64,000 bases of DNA from Octopus sinensis (Eukaryota), in assembly GCF_006345805.1 (NCBI RefSeq), contig NC_043005.1, positions 70,246,001 through 70,310,000 of the forward strand, in the 5' to 3' direction. The position numbers were made by a program, and so were the translations under genes. The notes beneath the pieces were generated by a model. The model saw only the letters and a list, made by a program, of their open reading frames with translations, was not told where the DNA came from and did not search any database. This document shows, in pieces, positions 51,593-63,275 of the stretch. Each line of letters opens with the position of its first letter. The first letter of the stretch is position 1.

Positions 51593-52770
51593 TATCAGAT
51601 CATCCCATATGTTCTGTCCGATTTTACCTTTTTTTAAATAAAATGAAATTTAATGGTATTTTAGAATGTTTAATAGAATTAAAAATTAGTTTTATGCATT
51701 TGTGTACATTTAAACTGATTAACTATTATTTTACAGAATAATAGAATTAAAATGTCTTTGATTAAAACCCTTTCTAACATAAAAGTGTCCAAAGAGCATT
51801 TAAGGCACATATTGCTTAATGAGTACAAAAAAGAAAATCTGCAGCCGAAGCGACTCGAAACATACACTCAGTTTATGGGAAAGAATGCTTGAATGAAAGA
51901 ACTTCCTGAAGATGTTTGCAAACACAGAAGTGGAGATTTCAGCTTAGTTCACACCATACAACTGTTCATCGGCATCTTCAACATCTTGGAAAGGTTCCTA
52001 AACTTGGAAAATGGGTGCCTCATGAATTGTCCGAAATCAACCGCAAATCCCGAGTTGACATCTTCTATCCTCTCCATTCTCGCGAACTCATTTCACCCTT
52101 TTCGGATAGACTTGTGACTGGTGAGGAGAAATGGATCTTCTGTCGAAATGTTAAACGTCGTAAACAGTGTCTTGGTAAAAGGGAAAAAGCTCGACGACAA
52201 CTTCGAAGGGAATTTCATGGAGAAAAGGTTCTTCTCTCTATCTGTTGGAATTTCAAGGGAGTAATTCACTTTTAATTGTTACCACCTAATGCAACAATCA
52301 ATGCTCAGTCTACTGTCAGGAAGTAGAGCGTTTGAACCATGCTTTTAAGAAAAAAAGACCCGCTTTAGTGAATCGAAAAGGAGTGATGTTTTATCAGGAC
52401 AATGTGCGACCCCACACTGCAAAGATCACATTACAGAAGATGGAAGAGCTTCGTTGGGAAAAAATCCTCATCCACCTTATTCTCCTGACCTTGCTCCTTC
52501 AGACTACCATTTGTTTCGTAGTTTACAGTATAATTTGGGATACATAACTTTCGCAAGCAATGAGGTGGTCGAAACTGACATTTCAGAGTTCTTCAATTTG
52601 AAATCAAAATAGTTTTACATTGATGAGATTTAAAAGCTTGTAAAGAGATGGAAGGAAGTCATAGATAATCAGGGATAGTACATTGATCATTAAATCCCAA
52701 TTATACATAACATTTGATCACTTGTTTTTTTAATTCAAAATTTTGACTGAACTTATGGGATAACTTAATA
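51593..52770 (+). mobile_element. Decayed mariner with both TIRs and TA duplication
   Basis: Left TATCAGATCATCCCATATGTTCTGTC versus right reverse complement TATTAAGTTATCCCATAAGTTCAGTC; WVPHEL, LVTGEEKWI, YQDNVRPHT and PPYSPDLAPSDYHLF motifs with frameshifts. Confidence 0.92.
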
Positions 52771-53327
52771 GTTGTTTTATGTTTAAAATTGACTTGTTAG
52801 CTCTGAGCAAATCTCATTGCTAGCAGGAAGATTTCATGGCGAATATTCTGCTGTAGCCTTTATATTTTATTCGAAGTTAACCTATTTGGTGCAAGTATAT
52901 ACACTTCCAAGTGTGCGAGTGTATGTAGAAATGTGTATTTCTATATCGATATATGTGTATGTATGTACGTATTTAAATTTCCTCTCTTAAACATACTTAG
53001 TTGTAATACGAGTTCAATGTATTATAGCATTATATTTCTTGAAACAACATTTTTTTCTGTGTGTGTGCAAATTTTTTCTTCTCCAAGTAACAGCTTCTCG
53101 GTATTTCCCATAATTACCATAATCACTTTACAGGTTCGAGTTACATCATAAATTTAGCTTCTAGAAAAAACATTTTTGCAACCAAAAATAGAACGGTGTG
53201 GAATCAGAAACAGCTATTATTTAGTTAGTTGCTAATCTCTCAAAAATTTCGGAATACTCTTCGTTTCACTGATCGCTGTTTTTTCACAATATATAATCAT
53301 TCTTAAATAGCTATTTGTGTAGTTGTG

Positions 53328-53742
53328 CTCTTTCTCTTTTTTCTTTCTCTTTTTACTTGTTTCAGTCATTTGACTGTGGCCATGCTGGCGCACCGCCTTT
53401 AATCGAGCAACTCGACCCCGGGACTTTGTAAGCCCAGTACTTATTCTATCGGTCTCTTTTGCTGAACCGCTAAGTGGCGGAGACATAAACACACCAGCAT
53501 CGGTTGTCAAGTAATGCTAGGGGGACAAACACAGACACACAAACATACACGCACACACACATATATATATACATATATACGACAGGCTTCTTTCAGTTTC
53601 CGTCTACCAAATCCACTCACAAGGATTTGGTCGGCCCGAGGCTATAGTAGAAGACACTTGCCCAAGGTGCCACGCAGTGAGACTGAAGCCAGAACCATGT
53701 AGTTCGTAAGCAAGCTACTTACCACACAGCCACTCCTGCGCC
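53328..53742 (-). mobile_element. SINE family A, full length
   Basis: Matches family A; head GGCGCAGGAGTGGCTGTGTGGTAAG on the minus strand. Confidence 0.93.
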
Positions 53743-55905
53743 AGTGCGTGAATTTATTTTACATGAATTTATGGGTGGACAGATTAATAGAGAGATAGCT
53801 CACTAGATAGATTACTGCTTCTGTATGGAAGGACCACGAACATTTCTAAGAAAGATTACTTGTGCACTATCCTAGACTCACAGTCCTTCTTCTTAAAATT
53901 TGGCGTCTATATCCACTCTCGCAGATACTGAATGCGACTGGACGTCGTTACCGGCAAATTAAGCTAAAGGCTGCGGGAGAATTTTCGCCTTGTTATAGTA
54001 CATCTGCTTGTTCATAGTTCTACACACTATGCATTAGTAATTATAGCTATTACTAGAAGAAAAAGAAAGAGCATCCAATGAAACTGAAAAGCTTCTCCAA
54101 TGCACAGTAGATGTGTCAGCATACATGATATTTTGCTGTAGAGTACACGCTTCAATTTAATTTAGATAGTTTGTTGCATTATTATATGGCAAATCATTTT
54201 GTATGAAGTCATCGAAAAGATAAACTGGGGGAAAGTAATTTTTTTTTAATAACTTGTATTTGCCAGCCTTTTCTTTATCTTACTGTGAATCAAACTTGTG
54301 GCAAATGTCTATCATGCGTATGAATGCAGTAAACAAATCAATATTCATTTGCAACGAGAAAATTTGTCAAAGTGTATATCTCCTAAAGAAAACAAATAAT
54401 CAGAGTGTCTGTGAGACATACAATCAAGAAACAGGCCAATGAACATATTCAAGTATGCCATCCGATTTAAGAGAACAAAACAGCGACCCAAAGTACCTCA
54501 GAATTGACTTAATAATGCAGTGTTAGAAGTCGGCTAAAAATAATGTGAACACTTTCAATAATTTTCGTTGTACGAGCATTTCTGTTTTGGTTTGAATGTT
54601 CTAAGTGCTCTAACGTCAATTTCAACCGAAATTCTTATATTATGACGAGCATTTACCATTTGAATCTTAAAAGTGGTCGGTTTCTCAACATTAAGGATCT
54701 GAAGTTCAGAGCAAAAGCATTTCAGCTGAACTTTGGCTTGGAGTCAGTGTGTCAGAATGCGAAACGTTTCATCGAGCAGATTTTGAAGGTCCTGCCCCAA
54801 TTACTTTAGAATGGGAATCCCTACATTAATATCTTCTTTAAATTGTTAAACTTGTTTCATATTACAGTAACATTATTTGTAAGCAACTCGGGCAGTCAAA
54901 GCGGTTTATCCAATGTGCAGAAATGCTCAAGATTCTTCTGTGGATTTACATAATGGAGAATAGACTGTATACATAGATGTATTGGTATTATCTATAGCCT
55001 TCATAATACAGTTTTTTTTTTAATTACCTCTACATCTTAGCCACATTTCTTCAAAAAAGCAACTGCACATACAGTAATCAGTCTTGATATTACGCCTTCA
55101 TTTTATTGAACTTTTTTCAAGCATTTCTACCCACAAGCATTAGTTTTACGTGGTATTTTCCTTAAAATAGGAATGTTTTTCTTTTTTTTTTTCAATTTCC
55201 GGGAGATGAAGCTGTGGGATGGCATTCTTTAAAAAAACGTTATCGTAACTAGATTTAGTGCAATTTGAGAAGAGGGATTTCTCCACTTGCTTATACTGAA
55301 AACAATCTTGGAAAATACCTCGGCTGCTCAGGCTGTCTGAATTTGAAGCTTCATCAGGCGTGCAGATGCTGTATGAATGGCGCCCCCGATTGAATACACC
55401 TACCTAAAGCTTCGTAGCCATGAACGAATCCGAATTGTCTTCTTCTTCATCGAGTTGTTTGTTATAACCCTTGCCTTACCCATTACAGTTTGCCTTTATG
55501 CACCCGCTGTGTGGCCTTTCGTCGTATATACATACAGGAAGGATATCAGATTACCATAGTAGAGGCTGTTATTTTGTCTCCCGATTTTCATGGTGGTTGT
55601 AGACATCGATGTGATCAGGATTAAAGACGTACCCATATATCCCTGATATTCGCCTGATTCCAATTAGTGAAACCTTCTGAATTTACATTTTACATTTGAC
55701 GACCTAACCTTGGAACATGTGCACTCACAATGATTTATTGTAGTCGGATGTGTGCTGCTTTAGGGGCGAGACATATCTAGCCTATTCTTAGATATCTCAA
55801 TATTAGCTCAAATATTGACTTTATTCTGAATGGGAAGGTCTGCTTTATTTACGTTTCCATCCTATTTTTTAAGGAAAGCAATATACAAATGTATTCATTG
55901 ATTAG

Positions 55906-56606
55906 TAGTACAAACATCACGGTGGAAGCTGTACATCACTGATGAGGTCAAAACAGGAACAAAATATACCGAAATATATATTCCGTTCTTTCCGAAGGTG
56001 TGAAAATAATATTTATTGATTAATAATGTTTGTGTGTTCATCATAATAATTTCAAGTATTTTTTGGGTTTTCTTTTTGTTTATGCTCTCTGCATTATATA
56101 TGTTAACAATAACCTAACTATCCATTTCACCTCTAAGTATAAAAAATAGACTGCTCTTAAATTTTGTTGGCATAGATGAAATTCAACTCATAATTGACCC
56201 TGTTTCATTCCACTGCATGTCGCAGTATTTCTCGCTTTCTCATTCTATCACTGTCTCGAATAAAATATTTCTCTCTCTAATATCATTCGTCCTTTATTGT
56301 GCATTTCGTGCATCATTAATCGCCTTAGTTACTAATATCCAGATATTAATGCTAGTTATTAACGTCCATATGATGATTTTATGGATATATCAGTGAGTAT
56401 TTGAAGGATTAAGTTCAATATTGAAAACCACAAATTACATTTTTTTTTAAATTTGTAATTTATGTATTATGCTTCAATAGTAATTAAATCGTTAAGTTGC
56501 GTTAAACAGAATTTCAGAAATAAATAAATGCAAGCCTACAGAGAGGTAAGAATTATCTGGTTTTATTAAAAATTACAACTGTATATAAAAGTGATATAAA
56601 CATATG

Positions 56607-56687
<81 letters not shown>

Positions 56688-57181
56688 CTGTGTGAGTGTT
56701 TACACAAGCAATGAGTGTGTAGATACCAAAGAGAAGAAATAATGAGCATATTCAATAATGAGATTAGAGACATATATTTCAACGACAAAACCTTATATTT
56801 TTAAGTCTTTTGCTACTGTCGAATTTTGGGTGACGAATCGACACACAAGAATTATAATACACATTTACTTTATACAGGAAATGCTTGGGTATCCTAACAA
56901 GAGCTCGCCAGGTTAAACAAAGAAAAAATGATTTTATTGGTACGTAATATTACCGTTATTGAACAAAATACAGATAAAACGCCTTTATAAAAATCCATGT
57001 ATGTAAATGAAATTATCGGGTTTTTAATTTTACGTCAAATCCATATTTGCCACAAATTATTGAGCTTTTCGTTTCGTCGCAGAGATATTAAAAGTGTAAT
57101 CATCCATATAGGGGTATGTAATTGAAATGTACCTGGACTATACTCGGGGTAGGAAAAATGCACTTTGCAATCATCAATAAA
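55906..57181 (+). other. Cluster of small candidate plus-strand exons (55906-55997, 56343-56392, 56518-56545, 56878-56939, 57083-stop 57099; AATAAA 57176)
   Basis: Strong donors GTGAGT (56393), GTAAGA (56546), GTACGT (56940) and pyrimidine-rich acceptors. The last three join in frame as INKCKPTERKCLGILTRARQVKQRKNDFIEILKV*. No homology recognised. Confidence 0.3.
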
Positions 57182-57230
57182 TGGACAAGGTTCAGTGAAT
57201 GTTGCTTGGAATGCCTCACCAATATGATCA
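57133..57230 (-). other. Competing candidate minus-strand 98-nt exon
   Basis: Acceptor TCTCTCTGTTTGTGTCTGTGTATCTTTATGTTAG and donor CCAG|GTACAT; open frame DHIGEAFQATFTEPCPFIDDCKVHFSYPEYSP. No homology recognised. Confidence 0.3.
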
Positions 57231-57673
57231 CTAACATAAAGATACACAGACACAAACAGAGAGAGAGAGGAGATTGTTTAGGGGGTCGTAAATAAACAAA
57301 TACCGGTTGTGAAGCAATGGTGGAGACAAACGGAAACACAAATATGCATAGGTGTATACATATGCATGGAAAATATACATACATACATACATACACACAT
57401 AAATATGCATCTATATATATATATATTCGCCTTGAATGTAATGATATATGTATAATATATGGCGTGTACTGGTACACCGGCGATTATAATTAATTTTATT
57501 GTATCGCATTTATCTTTGTTTACATATTCTCTCGATAAATTTCTGACCGTTAGACGATATACCACAATCCCCTATTTTGTCGGGTTTGTTCGGAGTCTGC
57601 GCAGTGTTTTGAATAGTTTAGAAAGAGCATTTCGATAGACGCACATGGATCTATTGGTATGGTCTTTCCATCG

Positions 57674-57764
57674 TTAACAGGAATCTTACTGAAGAGCCAG
57701 CCTGAGTAAATGAATACTATTTTTATTACTGAATTTGGCGAAACTGCAGTATAAGAAAAGTTAA
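57674..57764 (+). ncRNA. Type I hammerhead ribozyme, copy 1 (predicted cleavage after GUA, 57751|57752)
   Basis: Stem I TTAAC 57674-78 and TCTTA 57684-88 pair with TAAGA 57752-56 and GTTAA 57760-64; core CTGAAGA 57689-95; stem II GCCA(G) 57696-57700 / (T)TGGC 57735-39; GAAA 57740-43; palindromic stem III ACTGCAGT 57743-50; H17 = A. Confidence 0.9.
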
Positions 57765-58077
57765 GTTTGTAAAAGTTTTTAATTCTCATCTCACTAAATT
57801 TATCCAGCTATTGTGTATCTAGTACACTCTTCGCCTTGAATGTAATGATATATGTATAATATATGGCGTGTACTGGTACACCGGCGATTATAATTAATTT
57901 TATTGTATCGCATTTATCTTTGTTTACATATTCTCTCGATAAATTTCTGACCGTTAGACGATATACCACAATCCCCTATTTTGTCGGGTTTGTTCGGAGT
58001 CTGCGCAGTGTTTTGAATAGTTTAGAAAGAGCATTTCGATAGACGCACATGGATCTATTGGTATGGTCTTTCCATCG

Positions 58078-61000
58078 TTAACAGGAATCTTACTGAAGAG
58101 CCAGCCTGAGTAAATGAATACTATTTTTATTACTGAATTGGCGAAACTGCAGTATAAGAAAAGTTAAGTTTGTAAAAGTTTTTAATTCTCATCTCACTAA
58201 ATTTATCCAGCTATTGTGTATCTAGTACACTCTTCGCCTTGAATGTAATGATATATGTATAATATATGGCGTGTACTGGTACACCGGCGATTATAATTAA
58301 TTTTATTGTATCGCATTTATCTTTGTTTACATATTCTCTCGATAAATTTCTGACCGTTAGACGATATACCACAATCCCCTATTTTGTCGGGTTTGTTCGG
58401 AGTCTGCGCAGTGTTTTGAATAGTTTAGAAAGAGCATTTCGATAGACGCACATGGATCTATTGGTATGGTCTTTCCATCGTTAACAGGAATCTTACTGAA
58501 GAGCCAGGCTGAGTAAATGAATACTATTTTTATTACTGAATTTGGCGAAACTGCAGTATAAGAAAAGTTAAGTTTGTGAAAGTTTTTAATTCTCATCTCA
58601 CTAAATTTATCCAGCTATTGTGTATCTAGTACACTCTTCGCCTTGAATGTAATGATATATGTATAATATATGGCGTGTACTGGTACACGGCGATTATAAT
58701 TAATTTTATTGTATCGCATTTATCTTTGTTTACATATTCTCTCGATAAATTTCTGACCGTTAGACGATATACCACAATCCCCTATTTTGTCGGGTTTGTT
58801 CGGAGTCTGCGCAGTGTTTTGAATAGTTTAGAAAGAGCATTTCGATAGACGCACATGGATCTATTGGTATGGTCTTTCCATCGTTAACAGGAATCTTACT
58901 GAAGAGCCAGCCTGAGTAAATGAATACTATTTTTATTACTGAATTTGGCGAAACTGCAGTATAAGAAAAGTTAAGTTTGTAAAAGTTTTTAATTCTCATC
59001 TCACTAAATTTATCCAGCTATTGTGTATCTAGTACACTCTTCGCCTTGAATGTAATGATATATGTATAATATATGGCGTGTACTGGTACACCGGCGATTA
59101 TAATTAATTTTATTGTATCGCATTTATCTTTGTTTACATATTCTCTCGATAAATTTCTGACCGTTAGACGATATACCACAATCCCCTATTTTGTCGGGTT
59201 TGTTCGGAGTCTGCGCAGTGTTTTGAATAGTTTAGAAAGAGCATTTCGATAGACGCACATGGATCTATTGGTATGGTCTTTCCATCGTTAACAGGAATCT
59301 TACTGAAGAGCCAGCCTGAGTAAATGAATACTATTTTTATTACTGAATTTGGCGAAACTGCAGTATAAGAAAAGTTAAGTTTGTAAAAGTTTTTAATTCT
59401 CATCTCACTAAATTTATCCAGCTATTGTGTATCTAGTACACTCTTCGCCTTGAATGTAATGATATATGTATAATATATGGCGTGTACTGGTACACCGGCG
59501 ATTATAATTAATTTTATTGTATCGCATTTATCTTTGTTTACATATTCTCTCGATAAATTTCTGACCGTTAGACGATATACCACAATCCCCTATTTTGTCG
59601 GGTTTGTTCGGAGTCTGCGCAGTGTTTTGAATAGTTTAGAAAGAGCATTTCGATAGACGCACATGGATCTATTGGTATGGTCTTTCCATCGTTAACAGGA
59701 ATCTTACTGAAGAGCCAGCCTGAGTAAATGAATACTATTTTTATTACTGAATTTGGCGAAACTGCAGTATAAGAAAAGTTAAGTTTGTAAAAGTTTTTAA
59801 TTCTCATCTCACTAAATTTATCCAGCTATTGTGTATCTAGTACACTCTTCGCCTTGAATGTAATGATATATGTATAATATATGGCGTGTACTGGTACACC
59901 GGCGATTATAATTAATTTTATTGTATCGCATTTATCTTTGTTTACATATTCTCTCGATAAATTTCTGACCGTTAGACGATATACCACAATCCCCTATTTT
60001 GTCGGGTTTGTTCGGAGTCTGCGCAGTGTTTTGAATAGTTTAGAAAGAGCATTTCGATAGACGCACATGGATCTATTGGTATGGTCTTTCCATCGTTAAC
60101 AGGAATCTTACTGAAGAGCCAGCCTGAGTAAATGAATACTATTTTTATTACTGAATTTGGCGAAACTGCAGTATAAGAAAAGTTAAGTTTGTAAAAGTTT
60201 TTAATTCTCATCTCACTAAATTTATCCAGCTATTGTGTATCTAGTACACTCTTCGCCTTGAATGTAATGATATATGTATAATATGGCGTGTACTGGTACA
60301 CCGGCGATTATAATTAATTTTATTGTATCGCATTTATCTTTGTTTACATATTCTCTCGATAAATTTCTGACCGTTAGACGATATACCACAATCCCCTATT
60401 TTGTCGGGTTTGTTCGGAGTCTGCGCAGTGTTTTGAATAGTTTAGAAAGAGCATTTCGATAGACGCACATGGATCTATTGGTATGGTCTTTCCATCGTTA
60501 ACAGGAATCTTACTGAAGAGCCAGCCTGAGTAAATGAATACTATTTTTATTACTGAATTTGGCGAAACTGCAGTATAAGAAAAGTTAAGTTTGTAAAAGT
60601 TTTTAATTCTCATCTCACTAAATTTATCCAGCTATTGTGTATCTAGTACACTCTTCGCCTTGAATGTAATGATATATGTATAATATATGGCGTGTACTGG
60701 TACACCGGCGATTATAATTAATTTTATTGTATCGCATTTATCTTTGTTTACATATTCTCTCGATAAATTTCTGACCGTTAGACGATATACCACAATCCCC
60801 TATTTTGTCGGGTTTGTTCGGAGTCTGCGCAGTGTTTTGAATAGTTTAGAAAGAGCATTTCGATAGACGCACATGGATCTATTGGTATGGTCTTTCCATC
60901 GTTAACAGGAATCTTACTGAAGAGCCAGCCTGAGTAAATGAATACTATTTTTATTACTGAATTTGGCGAAACTGCAGTATAAGAAAAGTTAAGTTTGTAA

Positions 61001-61799
61001 AAGTTTTTAATTCTCATCTCACTAAATTTATCCAGCTATTGTGTATCTAGTACACTCTTCGCCTTGAATGTAATGATATATGTATAATATATGGCGTGTA
61101 CTGGTACACCGGCGATTATAATTAATTTTATTGTATCGCATTTATCTTTGTTTACATATTCTCTCGATAAATTTCTGACCGTTAGACGATATACCACAAT
61201 CCCCTATTTTGTCGGGTTTGTTCGGAGTCTGCGCAGTGTTTTGAATAGTTTAGAAAGAGCATTTCGATAGACGCACATGGATCTATGGTATGGTTTTTCC
61301 ATCGTTAACAGGAATCTTACTGAAGAGCCAGCCTGAGTAAATGAATACTATTTTTATTACTGAATTTGGCGAAACTGCAGTATAAGAAAAGTTAAGTTTG
61401 TAAAAGTTTTTAATTCTCATCTCACTAAATTTATCCAGCTATTGTGTATCTAGTACACTCTTCGCCTTGAATGTAATGATATATGTATAATATATGGCGT
61501 GTACTGGTACACCGGCGATTATAATTAATTTTATTGTATCGCATTTATCTTTGTTTACATATTCTCTCGATAAATTTCTGACCGTTAGACGATATACCAC
61601 AATCCCCTATTTTGTCGGGTTTGTTCGGAGTCTGCGCAGTGTTTTGAATAGTTTAGAAAGAGCATTTCGATAGACGCACATGGATCTATTGGTATGGTCT
61701 TTCCATCGTTAACAGGAATCTTACTGAAGAGCCAGCCTGAGTAAATGAATACTATTTTTATTACTGAATTTGGCGAAACTGCAGTATAAGAAAAGTTAA
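58078..61799 (+). ncRNA. Type I hammerhead ribozymes, copies 2-11 (one per unit)
   Basis: 58078-58167, 58481-58571, 58884-58974, 59288-59378, 59692-59782, 60096-60186, 60498-60588, 60902-60992, 61305-61395, 61709-61799; catalytic nucleotides intact in all. Confidence 0.9.
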
Positions 61800-61956
61800 G
61801 TTTGTAAAAGTTTTTAATTCTCATCTCACTAAATTTATCCAGCTATTGTGTATCTAGTACACTCTTCGCCTTGAATGTAATGATATATGTATAATATATG
61901 GCGTGTACTGGTACACCGGCGATTATAATTAATTTTATTGTATCGCATTTATCTTT

Positions 61957-61996
<40 letters not shown>

Positions 61997-62119
61997 TACG
62001 AAGAAAAGTGGGTCGCAAATTATATATGTACACACATACACACACACATACACACACATATGCACACCCTATTCTTGCCTTCACTCCTCCATTTCTCTCT
62101 TGCTCTCTTGCTTCTATTT

Positions 62120-62680
62120 CTAGCTTGTCTGCAATGTCCGGGGAATATGGTGGGCGGGGTATCGTTTCCCATTCAATTTGCTCCAGGCTTTGAAATGTCA
62201 TCCTCGCTGTATGTGGCCGGGCATTGTCTTGATGGAAGAACATTTTTCTCTTGAAACCAAAGGTGGTCGTTTTTCTTCTAGCGCAGGTGTCGATGAATGG
62301 CTGAATGACCAAATCCAAGCTTCACTGCTACTTCCTCAACAGTTACGATGGGATTTTATTCCACCAGGACTTGCAAGACCTCGTCGAGCTCTACAGATCT
62401 TCCAAGGTGAAGTTCGTCTTCTAAGGCTGTAGTTTCCGGTTCGGAAATTCTGGAACCACCGTTGACAGTGGTTTACGCTTATTGTACAATCTTCATATAC
62501 TGCATTAATATTCCTCGCATTTTCCGTTACGCTGTTGCTTTTATTGAACACATAAAGCAAAATATGCTGAATGTGCTCCATTGTCACTTCCAGTATAGGT
62601 TTGAAAAGATAACAGTTAAAATCGAACTGCATACCTCAATACGTGCACCAAGAATAAGTACATGATAAAATTACTAAGGA
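62120..62680 (-). mobile_element. Internally deleted, 3'-truncated mariner remnant
   Basis: MEHIQHILLYVFNK...CQRWFQNFRTGNYSL (HTH) joined at ~62285 to FFHQDNARPHTA...WETIPRPPYSPDIA. Confidence 0.85.
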
Positions 62681-63275
62681 CGAATTAAATTAAGCTGGCG
62701 TGTGTGGAAATAAACCCTTACGGCAGGGATACAAGTTTTCACATACATACATACATACATACATTCATACATGTATGTATGTATATATACAGCCATGCTC
62801 ACAGACACGCACACACATACACACATACACGCAAACACACACGCGCAACTCACATACACGCACGCAGACACACACTCACACATTTAGCACATAGTTGCTC
62901 ATTTATTTTACTGCAATTCATTTTTGACAGGATAATTTATCTGAAAATTGTTCTTCTACATGGATATACATAATATCAGAATCGGTCAATAACCCATAAA
63001 ATTACAACGCCATCAATGTTAGGATCAAAATCAAATTAGAAATTATTTACTGAAAAATCATAATTGATAATCAAATGATAATATATTATTTCTTTCCCCG
63101 ATATTCAACTGTTCATGCATATCTAGGCTACATCATGTATATATAGTCAGAATATGTCGCTAATATTCTTACCAGGGTGGTGGATGAGGAAGTCTTTAGA
63201 GGGGTATTTAGTTTTGTCCTCTCACGTTTTGATTTCGTAGTGTGTTAAGGTCAAATTTTTAGACTCATCATTTTT

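Larger units (their letters stand above)
57426..61960 (+). repeat. 404-bp tandem array (11 full units + ~95-bp partial), candidate non-LTR retrozyme locus, flanked by (TA)n
   Basis: Unit starts 57426, 57830, 58233, 58637, 59040, 59444, 59848, 60252, 60654, 61058, 61461, 61865. Only about 7 differences spotted across the array. Confidence 0.97.

Noticed and set aside
55320-55362. Minus-strand CTGATGAAGCT...AGCCGAGG
   Set aside because: Lacks GAAA and stem III.
55939-55985. CTGATGA-GGT...ACC-GAAA-TATATAT hammerhead-like string
   Set aside because: Core and a 3-bp stem II are present but no stem I can form; probably chance.
57550-61824. Repeated 79-aa minus-strand ORF (MRIKNFYKLNF...)
   Set aside because: It is the antisense of the ribozyme-bearing unit, has no recognisable domain, and is broken by indels in units 2 and 10.
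57426-61960. CRISPR-like array
   Set aside because: Units are fully identical with no unique spacers, the context is eukaryotic, and there are no cas genes.
63171-63191. 21-nt minus-strand microexon candidate (CCTG|GTAAGA) that could join the 57230 exon
   Set aside because: Weak AAG acceptor and no independent support.
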